Positions 8,257 to 18,041 of a stretch of DNA of 48,587 bases are shown here, in pieces (position 1 is the first letter of the stretch; every line of letters begins with the position of its first letter). Origin of the DNA: Candidatus Guanabacterium sedimentis (GTDB taxonomy: Bacteria; Acidobacteriota; B3-B38; Guanabaribacteriales; B3-B38); NCBI GenBank assembly GCA_902505605.1, contig CABWKN010000065.1, positions 1-48,587 on the forward strand, read 5' to 3'. A program made the translations under genes and the position numbers. The notes under the pieces were generated by a model, which saw nothing but the letters and a program-made list of their open reading frames with translations, had not been told where the DNA came from and did not search any database.

Positions 8257-11178
8257 TTAGAAGGTGTACTTGATGCCGAAGCGCATGATTCTCGGAGGCA
8301 GAATGTCGTAAGGTCTACCTTCGGTTTCCCCGATAGTTGTGCCTATATCGGTAACTGTATTAGCGTTGAACAGGTTGAAGACATCCCACATAGCCTCCAG
8401 ATTGCCCTTGGGCAGACGGAAGACCTTGCTCAACCTGAGGTCAACGGTGAATACCCCGTCTAACCTCTGGGAACCCCTCGGCTCCACCCGGACAGTCACA
8501 CCCCCCTGAGTGAGGTCCTCGGCTATTGCTTGCCTTGTCCATGGCGCCCCACTCTGATATCTCACGAAGCCTCCCAGATTGATACCGTAAGGGAACTGAT
8601 AACTGCCGGCAAACTTGAGGAGGTGTGGTCGGCTGTAGAAGAGCGGTCCCCAGGCGTATATATCGGCATTGGGGTTATCCATCAGACCAGTAGCTTGGTC
8701 AGATGGGTCACCTTTGAAACTGTTCATTGAGGAGTAGGTGTAGGAAGCTAACATATTCCAGTTGCGCGACCATCTCTTGGTGAGCCTGAGAATCAAGGCT
8801 TTGTATATGCCGGTGAATTCCCTGTCGCCAAGCTCGTAAACATTCTGTATTCTCCAATAATTTCCTACACCCTTATACTCCGGCCACAGATCGTAAGCAT
8901 AGAAGGTGCCCCCTTCGGGGTCGGTGAACTCTAGCCTATCATAGGCATCATAGGGTGGGCTTAACGCCACATCCTCAGCCAGGTCTTTGTCCTTCTTGTA
9001 GACAAAGGTAGCTGACACTGCCATGTCCTCCATCAACTCGTGGTCCACTCCTACGCTGAACTCATCGGTATAGGGTTGCTTCAGATTGGGATCAACCTCG
9101 TTCGCAGCCCGATATGATCTGTCGTAAGGTACGCTCGCCTGCTCACCCCACTGGAATATGTTGTCCCCGTTGTCGTCATACCAGCGGTAATACATGTAGA
9201 CGCTTCCATTAGGGTTGATAAAGTTGGATACCCAGTTGCCTATCTGGTGACCGTAGCGGCTGAAGTTGAACTTGAGGGCGGTCTTCCCATCGCCAAACAG
9301 GTCGTAGATGAACCCGATGCGGGGTGCCAGCTTGGAGAAGTTGACTATATTCCTCTGAGCAGGATAGGTCCGCGATTCAAAGTATTGGACCATCTCAGGA
9401 TAGTACTGTCTCATGAAATCCACCAAATGTGCATCTCCAGTCTCCTGCTCGGGCAGGTAGCACTCCCAGGTATCCCACCGAACTCCCACATTGATGGTCA
9501 TCCGCTCCTTCAGGGTCCAGGTATCCTGAATGTAGAACCCTTTGCTGCCCACACTATACCAGAACTCCAGGTCGTGGTTATACATTTGGACATTGTAAGG
9601 TATGCCGTTGCGCCAGCCCCAGCGTTCACCGTTTTCGGAATAATTTAAAGTATGTGAGGTGAAGTTCATCATATTGAAGCCCATCCTGAAGTCGTGGCTG
9701 CCACCCAGAAAATCATCAACATAGTAGGAGAAGGTGTTGTTGTTCTGCCAGCGGTCTCGATAATACATATAGTAATTGTGATAGCTGCCGAACCAGCCCC
9801 TCGCCCAGTTGGGGTAGGGGTGGGGATCGGTGGCCCTGAGGGTTCTGTACTCACGCATAGACTGGGTCCAATCACACTCCTCGGTGGGAGCCAGGGGGAA
9901 GTCCATATCCATATAGCCGAAGCTGATGTCGAACATCGCCTTGTCGCTGAGGATGGTGGTCCAGTGAATCTGGGGTATGTTCTTAGCAGAACGCTGCTCA
10001 TAGGCGGTCTCCGCAGTGATATAAGCGTAGGTAGTGGAGTCCCGATGGGGGCGGAATTTCTCGCTGTGGAACTGGCTGAAGGTTATCTTGTTTCGGGGGG
10101 TAACCTGCCAGGTCAACTTTAACATATAGTGGGGTAGGTCGGTGCGGTCTGTACCGGGTGTTGTCCGAGCCACATCCTCATAGTAGCCGGGTGCAAAGGT
10201 ATTAATCTTCTGCACCTCACGCATCCCATAGAACCACAGCTTGTCCTGAATGATTCTCCCGCCTAACTGAAAGCTGTAGTTCATCCAGTAGTCCATAGGT
10301 TTGCCTACTGCTATGCCCGCGGCTTCCAGTTCCGGGGTGATGTTAGTGGTCGTCATCCAACTTGGTTCAAATTCACCTGTATCATAGTTCCAGTTTCCGC
10401 CCTTCTCGTAGTAGAACGCACCCCCCCCATGGAAGGCGTTACCACCCTGTCTGGTAACAATGTTCAGATAAACCCCGGGGGAAGCCACCTCTGCCTTGTG
10501 GGCATGGGTAGATACCTGCAGCTCCTCAAAGGAATCGTAGGCAAAGTAGGTAGCGGCTCCGGTGGCTGCCATATCGGTGATGTCTATGCCATCGAAGTTA
10601 TACTGGTTCTGCATATCACCGGTCCCGGCGGAAAAACCGCTCTGCTGACCACTTTCGCTGCCACCCACATTGAACCTGTCCATAACCATCCCCGGGGATT
10701 CCTCCAGCAGCACCCAGACATCCCGGGCATTGGGTACTTTATCCAGTAGTTCCTTGTCGAAGGTAACTCCGATATTGGCGGTCTTGACATCAACCACCGG
10801 CGACTCTCCCGTAACCGTGATGGTCTCCGCCATGGGGGCTATCTCCATGGTGACATTGATGGTGGTGGTAATATTCAGTGAGACCCTTATATTCTGTCGG
10901 ATTACGGTCTTGAATCCTTCCAACTCGAACTTTACCTCGTATATGCCGGTGTTAAGAGTGACAAGCCGATAGCCACCCCTGGGACCGGTTATCGCCGTGC
11001 GGGCACCCCCTATGAGGGCGGGGCTGGTAGCCGATACGGTAACTCCAGGAAGCACCGCACCGGTAGCATCCTTGGCCATCCCCCTGATCTCGCCGGTGGG
11101 AACCTGACCAAAAGCAACCGTGAGCACCGTAAAGGAGAGAAATAGAGCCAGACACGCTATGCATGCTTTTCTTGTCAT
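8257..11178 (-). CDS. Large outer-membrane protein, CarboxypepD_reg-like N-domain plus TonB-dependent-receptor-like beta-barrel
   Basis: 973 aa with a signal peptide. The N-terminal beta-sandwich (GVTVSATS...GGYRLVTLNTGIYEVKFELEGF) is followed by a long Gly/Tyr/Asn-rich region ending in an aromatic YTF. GGAGGAG Shine-Dalgarno sequence. Confidence 0.8.
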   Translation of the reverse strand: MTRKACIACLALFLSFTVLTVAFGQVPTGEIRGMAKDATGAVLPGVTVSATSPALIGGARTAITGPRGGYRLVTLNTGIYEVKFELEGFKTVIRQNIRVSLNITTTINVTMEIAPMAETITVTGESPVVDVKTANIGVTFDKELLDKVPNARDVWVLLEESPGMVMDRFNVGGSESGQQSGFSAGTGDMQNQYNFDGIDITDMAATGAATYFAYDSFEELQVSTHAHKAEVASPGVYLNIVTRQGGNAFHGGGAFYYEKGGNWNYDTGEFEPSWMTTTNITPELEAAGIAVGKPMDYWMNYSFQLGGRIIQDKLWFYGMREVQKINTFAPGYYEDVARTTPGTDRTDLPHYMLKLTWQVTPRNKITFSQFHSEKFRPHRDSTTYAYITAETAYEQRSAKNIPQIHWTTILSDKAMFDISFGYMDMDFPLAPTEECDWTQSMREYRTLRATDPHPYPNWARGWFGSYHNYYMYYRDRWQNNNTFSYYVDDFLGGSHDFRMGFNMMNFTSHTLNYSENGERWGWRNGIPYNVQMYNHDLEFWYSVGSKGFYIQDTWTLKERMTINVGVRWDTWECYLPEQETGDAHLVDFMRQYYPEMVQYFESRTYPAQRNIVNFSKLAPRIGFIYDLFGDGKTALKFNFSRYGHQIGNWVSNFINPNGSVYMYYRWYDDNGDNIFQWGEQASVPYDRSYRAANEVDPNLKQPYTDEFSVGVDHELMEDMAVSATFVYKKDKDLAEDVALSPPYDAYDRLEFTDPEGGTFYAYDLWPEYKGVGNYWRIQNVYELGDREFTGIYKALILRLTKRWSRNWNMLASYTYSSMNSFKGDPSDQATGLMDNPNADIYAWGPLFYSRPHLLKFAGSYQFPYGINLGGFVRYQSGAPWTRQAIAEDLTQGGVTVRVEPRGSQRLDGVFTVDLRLSKVFRLPKGNLEAMWDVFNLFNANTVTDIGTTIGETEGRPYDILPPRIMRFGIKYTF

Positions 11179-11291
11179 TTAAGCTCTCCTCCGTTTGAGT
11201 AAAGGTTTCCCGAAATAAAACCAAGATGATTTTATTTTGCTATCACCCCCCTTTCAGTCTGTTCCCACTTCAGAGCTCGGATTCGATAAAA

Positions 11292-11320
11292 ATCCTATCA
11301 AATAATTTAAGCAAAGTCAA
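11292..11320 (-). promoter_or_regulatory. Candidate sigma70-like promoter for the OMP gene
   Basis: On the minus strand: TTGACT (11320-11315), a 17-nt spacer, then TAGGAT (11297-11292). This implies a leader of about 110 nt. Confidence 0.3.
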
Positions 11321-11504
11321 TGCCAAAGTTTAATATTTTTGCTAATTAATCCTAACTCTAATATTTTCAACAGTTACCTAAATACATCTACCCTCTTCCT
11401 CTTATCAGAAATAAGAGGAGCACGATAATCTGAACTATTATCCAATTTCATGAATAGTAATTGACCCCGATTTCAGCCCGGTTCATCTGCAGCCATGGAG
11501 ATTA

Positions 11505-13346
11505 TTAATTTGTTTTCTGTGGGGAGAGAATTTTCCCTGGTAGCTCTCCCGTGAAGCTTCCTTTTTCGATGACTACCTTTCCGTTGACCAGCAGGTATTC
11601 CACACCTTCGCTGTATCGATGGGCATTGGTGAAGTTAGCTCGAGGGCGGAAGTTTTTGGGATTGAAGAGCACCACATCAGCCCAATACCCCTCTTTGAGA
11701 TATCCTCTGTCCTTCCAGCCCATTACTTCAGCGGGCAAGGAGGTGCAAGAGCGAATGGCATGAGGAAGGCTTATGACCTTCTTATCCATGGCGAAGTTTC
11801 TTATCTTCACCGGAAATGCAGTATAGGCACGGGGGTGCACCAATCCCATCCCGAAATAGGGAGCAGTGCCATCGCTGCCGATAGACACATAATCTTTCTT
11901 CATAATGTACTCAACATCCTGGAGGCTCATCTGCAGTGGGGTGACCTTAGCCCCTTGCAGCTCCAGCTCTATGGCAGCATCTGCGATGCTCTTCCCCTTC
12001 ATGTCAGCTACCTGTTTGAGGCTCTTCCCGATAAGCTGTGTCTCCACCGATATATCAACTATGATGTTATCCGCTCCCACCCACTCCTCAATATACTGGG
12101 TAATCTCCTGGCGTATTTTCTCCGCTTCGGTGGGATCCTCCATTCTCTTGAGAAACTTCGCCCTCTGGCGGCTGTTTTCCGCTCCGCTGGTCAAAGCTGC
12201 TCCCGTGAATGAACTGCTTACCACCCGCACCAGCTCCTTCCTGCTGAGGGAATCTAAATACTCCTGATGGTGCTCAGATATTGGGATGTAAGGAGTTCTC
12301 AGGTTGTAGAGCTTTATCAGAGTCTTGTCGCGCAGGGAATCAAAGACCCTGGTCAATTCCTCTGCGAGCTGGGATGCAGACTCATCTTCGCCCATCCAGG
12401 TGCTGCGCGGAATCAGGCTCCGATAGGGGTAGTTGCTGCTAATGGGGAAGGGATACTGGTCGGCGCTGAGCTTCAGCCCTCTGGCCTGAGCATCCTCTAT
12501 CAACTGGCAGGCTTCGGTCACCTTGCCCCAGTTGGCTTTCCCCACCGCCTTGAGGTGGGAAATATTGGTGGGAGCACCGGTTTTGTCAGCAATCTCAATG
12601 GTCTCTCTTATGGCTTCCAGCAGGTGGTCCCCTTCGTTCCTCATGTGAGTATGATATATCCCTCCGTAGGGCACAATCTCCCTCACCAGCTCAATAATCT
12701 CATCCGTTTTACCATATCTTCCGGGAAGGTATTCGAGACCGGTGGAAAGCCCGTGAGCACCCCCCTCCATCGCCTCCCGGACCAGTGCTTTCATTTTATC
12801 CAGCTCTTCTTGAGTCGGCTCCCTGTCCTCCATGCCCATTACCAGCTCTCTCACCTGCCCATGTCCCACCAGAAGGGCGGCGTTAACCCCGATTCCCTCT
12901 CCTTGCCATCTATTGACCTGGTCTTCAATCTTCTCAAAGATGGGCCAGGCACTTCTCCCACACTGACCCACCACCACGGTAGTCACACCCTGCTTGAGAT
13001 AATTAAGGCACGGGCGCAGCTCCTTGAAGTACATACCCCGGTCGACATGGGTGTGAAGGTCGATGAACCCCGGCGCGGCATAGAGCCCCTTCCCCTCGAT
13101 GACCTTGCCCGCCTCGCGGGTGGGGAGCTTTCCTGTGCTGACAATCTTGCCATCCTTAATGCCGATGTCCCCCTTAAAGGGCTTCCCCGAGGAGCCGTCA
13201 TAGACCTGCACATTCTTGATTACAATGTCGTATGTATTCCCTGCCTCAATAGCTGATAGGGAACCCTCCTTAGAAGATATCTGAGGGAAAATGAGCATAA
13301 AAGCTGCTACCAAAAAGAAACCTATCAAAATTGTATATCTCTTCAT
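11505..13346 (-). CDS. Secreted amidohydrolase, N-acyl-D-amino-acid deacylase (D-aminoacylase)-like
   Basis: 613 aa with a signal peptide, the GFIDLHTHVD metal-binding HxH motif and a D-aminoacylase-like overall layout. AGGAGG Shine-Dalgarno sequence. Confidence 0.8.
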   Translation of the reverse strand: MKRYTILIGFFLVAAFMLIFPQISSKEGSLSAIEAGNTYDIVIKNVQVYDGSSGKPFKGDIGIKDGKIVSTGKLPTREAGKVIEGKGLYAAPGFIDLHTHVDRGMYFKELRPCLNYLKQGVTTVVVGQCGRSAWPIFEKIEDQVNRWQGEGIGVNAALLVGHGQVRELVMGMEDREPTQEELDKMKALVREAMEGGAHGLSTGLEYLPGRYGKTDEIIELVREIVPYGGIYHTHMRNEGDHLLEAIRETIEIADKTGAPTNISHLKAVGKANWGKVTEACQLIEDAQARGLKLSADQYPFPISSNYPYRSLIPRSTWMGEDESASQLAEELTRVFDSLRDKTLIKLYNLRTPYIPISEHHQEYLDSLSRKELVRVVSSSFTGAALTSGAENSRQRAKFLKRMEDPTEAEKIRQEITQYIEEWVGADNIIVDISVETQLIGKSLKQVADMKGKSIADAAIELELQGAKVTPLQMSLQDVEYIMKKDYVSIGSDGTAPYFGMGLVHPRAYTAFPVKIRNFAMDKKVISLPHAIRSCTSLPAEVMGWKDRGYLKEGYWADVVLFNPKNFRPRANFTNAHRYSEGVEYLLVNGKVVIEKGSFTGELPGKILSPQKTN

Positions 13347-13523
13347 GACAATGCTCCTCCTTTTACGAAATTATATTTATTTAACAAAAAGGGTTGCTGT
13401 TGGTATTTGTGGTCCTGTATCACCTCCCTTTGATTACCTTATGCCATAGACCTCCGGAATGAGGTGTATGGCTTTTCCCCGTGGGATATAAAAAGTTATC
13501 CAAAACTATAATTTAAAGCCGAC

Positions 13524-15239
13524 CTATCTAATTCTGAGCCCTCGGAGGCGGTTTATAGCGGCGGCAACCTCGAAGGGGCGCGGCAGGGCGTAGTTTCCCA
13601 CCGGATAAGGGCTGATGATATCGAGCCCCTTAGTCTCAATATCTTTCATAACCAAACCGATTACCTTCTGCAGGCTTTGGCGGTCGTCCATATAGCGGCT
13701 GCGAGCGTAAACGATGATATCGGCAATGGAGCGGGTCTGGCTGGTGGAGATAATCTGCTCCACCGCGCCGAGGTCTATGGTCTGCCGTCCGAAGGAGATG
13801 GTGTGCATCCCCTTAGCACCCACCTTGACCTCCCGTCTTCCTCGGCTGGGATTGATGCTCTCTCGCAGAGGAATACGGTTCATATTGACCACCCCGAAAG
13901 ACTCACCCCCCTCTTTTTTTCGCTCGGCTTTGTATTTCTCGGCAATGGCTGAAGCTTCGGGAGTAACATCATAGGGAAGGTAATCCTCCATCTTGATGAC
14001 GCAGTCTGCCACATCAAAGTAGTCCCCCGAGCCACCTATCACCACGATGGTAGAAACCCCCAGCTCCTCAGCCAGAAAACGAACTTTATCAATAAAAGGA
14101 GTTATGGGCTCCTTTTCCTTGGCGACCAGTTGCTGCATACGGTGGTCGCGAATCATAAAGTTGGTAGCTGAGGTATCCTCGTCAATCAACAGCAGCCTGG
14201 CTCCCACTTCCAGCGCCTCGATGATATTGGCTGCCTGCGAGGTACTGCCGCTGGCATCGTCGGTAGAAAAATCGGCAGTAGACTTGCCCAGCGGGAGGTT
14301 GCTGATAAAGGGGGTGATATCCACTTTCTCAATATAGCGTCCATCCTCAGCCCGAATCTTCACCGCTTCGGGAATAGTGGCTACATATTCCCTCCCATCA
14401 CCGGGGAGCTGATTGTACACGCCGAGCTCGATTGCCCGCAGGAGGGTCGATTTGCCATGGTATCCACCTCCAACTATCAGGGTGACTCCTTTGCGGATGC
14501 CCATCCCCGTGACCTCTCCCCGATTTCGAACTGTGATGGTGGTCTCCAGAGAAGGGGGAGACTTGAAGATGACCGCTTCCTCCCTGCTCATGGGGGAATT
14601 GTCCACTCCGCTGACCCGCGGCAGGAGGCTTCCGTTAGCCACGAACGCTACCAGCCGCTGGCTGGGGAGCTTACTGCGAAGGTCGTCCTGGTCCTCGTTA
14701 ACCTTGATGTGCCGGTAGAGCGAGGAGGAGTTGTGGTATCGGAAGAATAGGGCGGCTTCCACTATACGGGGAAGCTGCTCCAGCAATATCTCAATCGCTT
14801 CCCGGCTTAGTATTCGGCGACCGGCGGCGGGCAATCCGACTCCAAAGCGAGCCTCCACATATTCTGAGTTGATATGAGCTGATGTGCGCTCAAGTATCTC
14901 CTGTCCGGGAGTGTCAATCTCTATTAAGCCGCTCTTACCCGTTCCGCGAATCCCCCGAGAAAACTTGCGGATATGGGAAGCAAAGCTTCGGGTGAGATAG
15001 TCGCTCAAACCTATGGAGCGGCTCTTATTCTCGTATGTATCAGGAGGAAACTGCGCTGTCCTCTGGGAGACCTGTACTCTTACTCTGCTGGGAGGGGCGA
15101 AGGGGTCGCTCTGCACATGGTCGATGTAAAGGGTGAAATTGCGAAAATCGTAGCTGCCGGCGATATCCTTATAAGCTTTGTAGCCTCGCCCGTCAATTCT
15201 TCTCAGCCTAAGCTCAAGCTCCTTTGAGTCTCTCATCAT
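13524..15239 (-). CDS. ABC_ATPase-family protein (predicted ATPase of the ABC class, function unknown)
   Basis: 571 aa. The N-terminus (RIDGRGYKAYKDI...TLYIDHVQSDPFAPPSRVRV) is characteristic of this family. Walker A-like GGGYHGKSTLL and Walker B LLLIDEDTSATNF are present. Confidence 0.8.
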   Translation of the reverse strand: MMRDSKELELRLRRIDGRGYKAYKDIAGSYDFRNFTLYIDHVQSDPFAPPSRVRVQVSQRTAQFPPDTYENKSRSIGLSDYLTRSFASHIRKFSRGIRGTGKSGLIEIDTPGQEILERTSAHINSEYVEARFGVGLPAAGRRILSREAIEILLEQLPRIVEAALFFRYHNSSSLYRHIKVNEDQDDLRSKLPSQRLVAFVANGSLLPRVSGVDNSPMSREEAVIFKSPPSLETTITVRNRGEVTGMGIRKGVTLIVGGGYHGKSTLLRAIELGVYNQLPGDGREYVATIPEAVKIRAEDGRYIEKVDITPFISNLPLGKSTADFSTDDASGSTSQAANIIEALEVGARLLLIDEDTSATNFMIRDHRMQQLVAKEKEPITPFIDKVRFLAEELGVSTIVVIGGSGDYFDVADCVIKMEDYLPYDVTPEASAIAEKYKAERKKEGGESFGVVNMNRIPLRESINPSRGRREVKVGAKGMHTISFGRQTIDLGAVEQIISTSQTRSIADIIVYARSRYMDDRQSLQKVIGLVMKDIETKGLDIISPYPVGNYALPRPFEVAAAINRLRGLRIR

Positions 15240-15487
15240 ATCGGTTGATTTATATCTGCCAGTTTACCTCTATTATTTCTTTTTTATTTTACCCTAATTT
15301 TTATTATACTCAAATAAAAATATAGATTTTTACCGGGAAAATCCGACAATTAATGTATAGGTCTTAATATTAGATAGTAAACTCCCCGCAGCAATTTAAT
15401 CTTAACGAGCTTTCTTCTGCACTTCAGCGCCACAGCTAATGAGAGCTCATTATGGAATAGGGTGAAAAATACCGAACTTGTTCTTAA

Positions 15488-17620
15488 TTACTTCTCTTTA
15501 TTATCGGGAGCTATGACCTCATAGGCTTTGCCCGCATACACTACAATGACTTTTTTCCCGATAGAGAAATACCTCCCCAGCTCGGGATGGGCGGTGATGA
15601 GCTTAAGATAGTCATCGCTGCCAAATTCTACCTGGATGGTCTCCATCCCCTCCTGGAACTCGCCATCAACCCAAACCCCTTTTCTCAGATAGAAGGTCTT
15701 GGTGCCAACATAGCGGATGGCTTCGGAGGCTTCTCTTACTTCTTTTTCCGTGTCTTTCATCAGGTTTAATTCGGCGCTGAACTGAACCGCCTCTTGACCA
15801 ACCGGGGCTTTGCGCGCTGCCAGGAGGTCGGCTCTTACTTTGCTCTCCTCGTAGAGTCTTTCTCCCGGGCGGGGGACGGGCTTCTCATCCCCCAAGGCTA
15901 AATATGAGGTGTAGGGGGTAACCACTCCGTACTTCTTGCTGAGGTTTATGACCTCATCCTTCAGCTCCTTATCCTCGCCGTGGAGACGGATCTGGTCGAG
16001 GAGATAGCCGATCTTCCTGGTTGCCCACAGGCGAGGGATAAAGTCGGCTTCCTCATCCTTACGAGGGAAGTCTGCTTTATAAGTGAATGACTTCTTGTTA
16101 CCCCCTATCTCCCCGGTCAATCGGATGGAGGTGCTGCCGTAGCTGGCATATCGACCGATGATGGTGAGCTGGCTCCCCTTGAAGATGGCGGGAAGCTGCA
16201 TGGGGTAAAGCTCCTGCACATTGACCTTTCCAAAATCGAGCGATAGGTTGTCAAGCACGGGGTAATTCACCTTGTCAAAAAAGGAGGAGACAATAAGCTC
16301 CATATCCTCTCCGGGCTTTATGTAATCGGAAGTACCGCGGTGGGACTGCGCAAGGGCGTCCAGCAGCAGGGTATTGACATCATAACCCAATCCGAAGGTG
16401 AAAAGCCTGGTCTGCTTATCTATGCTACTACTCACATTCTTTAATATCTCCTCAACATCGGTAATCCCTACCGTGGGACGACCATCAGTGAGGAAGACCA
16501 GCATCTGGGGTCGCCGGCTCTGGCTGAAAAGCCCAATGGCTTTGAGCAAGGTATCATTGATATTCGTTCCCCCTTTGGCTTCAATGGTCTCGATGAACTG
16601 GTTAGCTTTTCTTTTGTTGGCTTCGTCAGCCGGAGCAAGAACTTCTGTCAGGAGGCGGGGCTCAGTGGAAAAATGGATGATGTTGAACCGGTCATCCCGA
16701 TTCAATCCCCCTACCCCGAACTTCAGGGCTTTGATTGCCTGGACAACCTTATTATCATCCTGCATGCTACCCGAGGAATCCAAGACAAAGACCACATCCT
16801 TGGCGCCTATCTCACTGCTTTGAATCTCGGCCTTGGGAGCAATCAGCATGAGGAAATAGCCTGCCTCCTCATCTCCCTTGCAGAAAGGCAGAAGGGTGAG
16901 ACCAAACTCCTCTTCCGAAAGGGAATAGTAGAGGGAGAAGTTCCTGTCTTGTTTCTCTGATCCACTCTCATAGCTGATTGTTGCCTTATTCTCCCCGCGA
17001 CGGGAGATATCGACCTTGTGCGAGGGTGAGTAAATGGATTTAATGGGCACCCGGGAAGTAAGCTCGACCAGGATGCCAATCTCCCCGGTCGGCTTCTCTT
17101 CCAGTCTGCCTCGGTCTATGGGACAGGTATAATTGACCAGGCCGGCAGCATATTTGAGCTCCTGAGAGTAGCTCAACTGAATCTTCTTCTCACCGCGGGC
17201 TGGTATGGGGTAGATATTGACCCTGAAGGTATCCCTCCCCAGATACTGCAGCAGCCCGGGGTCTTTCATCCGACTGACAATCTCCCAGAAAATTTGCCGT
17301 GCCTTGTCGCTGTCCATCAGCTCTGCCTTGACCTTCTTACCGTCAATCCACATGGCAAACTCGGTAACCATCGCCCCGGGAGGAAGGGCAAAGATGTATT
17401 CTGCCTCCAAATCCCGGTCGTATTCGTTGAGGAAGACCTGCTCAATCTCGGTGAGGGCAATCTGGTTGTCAATCTTAACCTTAACATGCTGGTATTTGAG
17501 GGGAAGCGGAGGCAGTGGAGGACGAGGAGGAGGGGAAGGCGGGATAAGCAATCCTTGAGCCGAAACCAGAGAAGAGAAGAAAAGCAAAAAGCCTATGGTA
17601 GCTAAGGTTAATCCTCTCAT
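15488..17620 (-). CDS. Secreted VIT domain plus von Willebrand factor A domain protein
   Basis: 710 aa with a signal peptide followed by a Pro-rich stretch, a VIT-like N-domain and the vWA MIDAS motif VVFVLDSSGSM. Confidence 0.85.
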   Translation of the reverse strand: MRGLTLATIGFLLFFSSLVSAQGLLIPPSPPPRPPLPPLPLKYQHVKVKIDNQIALTEIEQVFLNEYDRDLEAEYIFALPPGAMVTEFAMWIDGKKVKAELMDSDKARQIFWEIVSRMKDPGLLQYLGRDTFRVNIYPIPARGEKKIQLSYSQELKYAAGLVNYTCPIDRGRLEEKPTGEIGILVELTSRVPIKSIYSPSHKVDISRRGENKATISYESGSEKQDRNFSLYYSLSEEEFGLTLLPFCKGDEEAGYFLMLIAPKAEIQSSEIGAKDVVFVLDSSGSMQDDNKVVQAIKALKFGVGGLNRDDRFNIIHFSTEPRLLTEVLAPADEANKRKANQFIETIEAKGGTNINDTLLKAIGLFSQSRRPQMLVFLTDGRPTVGITDVEEILKNVSSSIDKQTRLFTFGLGYDVNTLLLDALAQSHRGTSDYIKPGEDMELIVSSFFDKVNYPVLDNLSLDFGKVNVQELYPMQLPAIFKGSQLTIIGRYASYGSTSIRLTGEIGGNKKSFTYKADFPRKDEEADFIPRLWATRKIGYLLDQIRLHGEDKELKDEVINLSKKYGVVTPYTSYLALGDEKPVPRPGERLYEESKVRADLLAARKAPVGQEAVQFSAELNLMKDTEKEVREASEAIRYVGTKTFYLRKGVWVDGEFQEGMETIQVEFGSDDYLKLITAHPELGRYFSIGKKVIVVYAGKAYEVIAPDNKEK

Positions 17621-17964
17621 TTAATGTCTCCTCAATTAAAAGCAGATGTTAATTAAACACACACCATTTCTTTCAAAAAACGATCTAACACTACGTTCCA
17701 TCTCGCTTGAGGAATAAAATAAATCCTATCTGAAATCAACCTCACATCCCATTAAATCTTTAAAAAAAGATACATAAAGTATACCACCCTCCACCCGCAC
17801 TTGGCAAGCCAGCTTCGATTAAACTCATCTCTTCAGAGAACAGAATTTACCCCTCATTAGTTAGACCATCAAAAACGGCGAAATGGCGAGAAGAAATTTA
17901 GCAAAAATCAGAAGAATAAAGGAGAACTGCAGGGCTTACTCACGGTAGCTTTGCCAAATTGTGC

Positions 17965-17992
17965 TTGACTTCGCAGGCTATTTATGTAATAT
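17965..17992 (+). promoter_or_regulatory. Sigma70-like promoter for the aminotransferase-serA unit
   Basis: TTGACT (17965-17970), a 16-nt spacer, then TAATAT (17987-17992). AGGAGG Shine-Dalgarno sequence before the ATG at 18042. Confidence 0.45.
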
Positions 17993-18041
17993 TAAATCTG
18001 CTTTGACTTTTGCGATTTTATTGTAAAGGAGGTATAATGAA

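Noticed and set aside
11398-11418. An 8-bp hairpin CCTCTTAT/ATAAGAGG lies downstream of the amidohydrolase gene. A TAATGAgagcTCATTA palindrome lies near 15448-15463.
   Set aside because: There is no U-tract on either strand, the stems are AT-rich, and I cannot tell a weak terminator or operator from chance.
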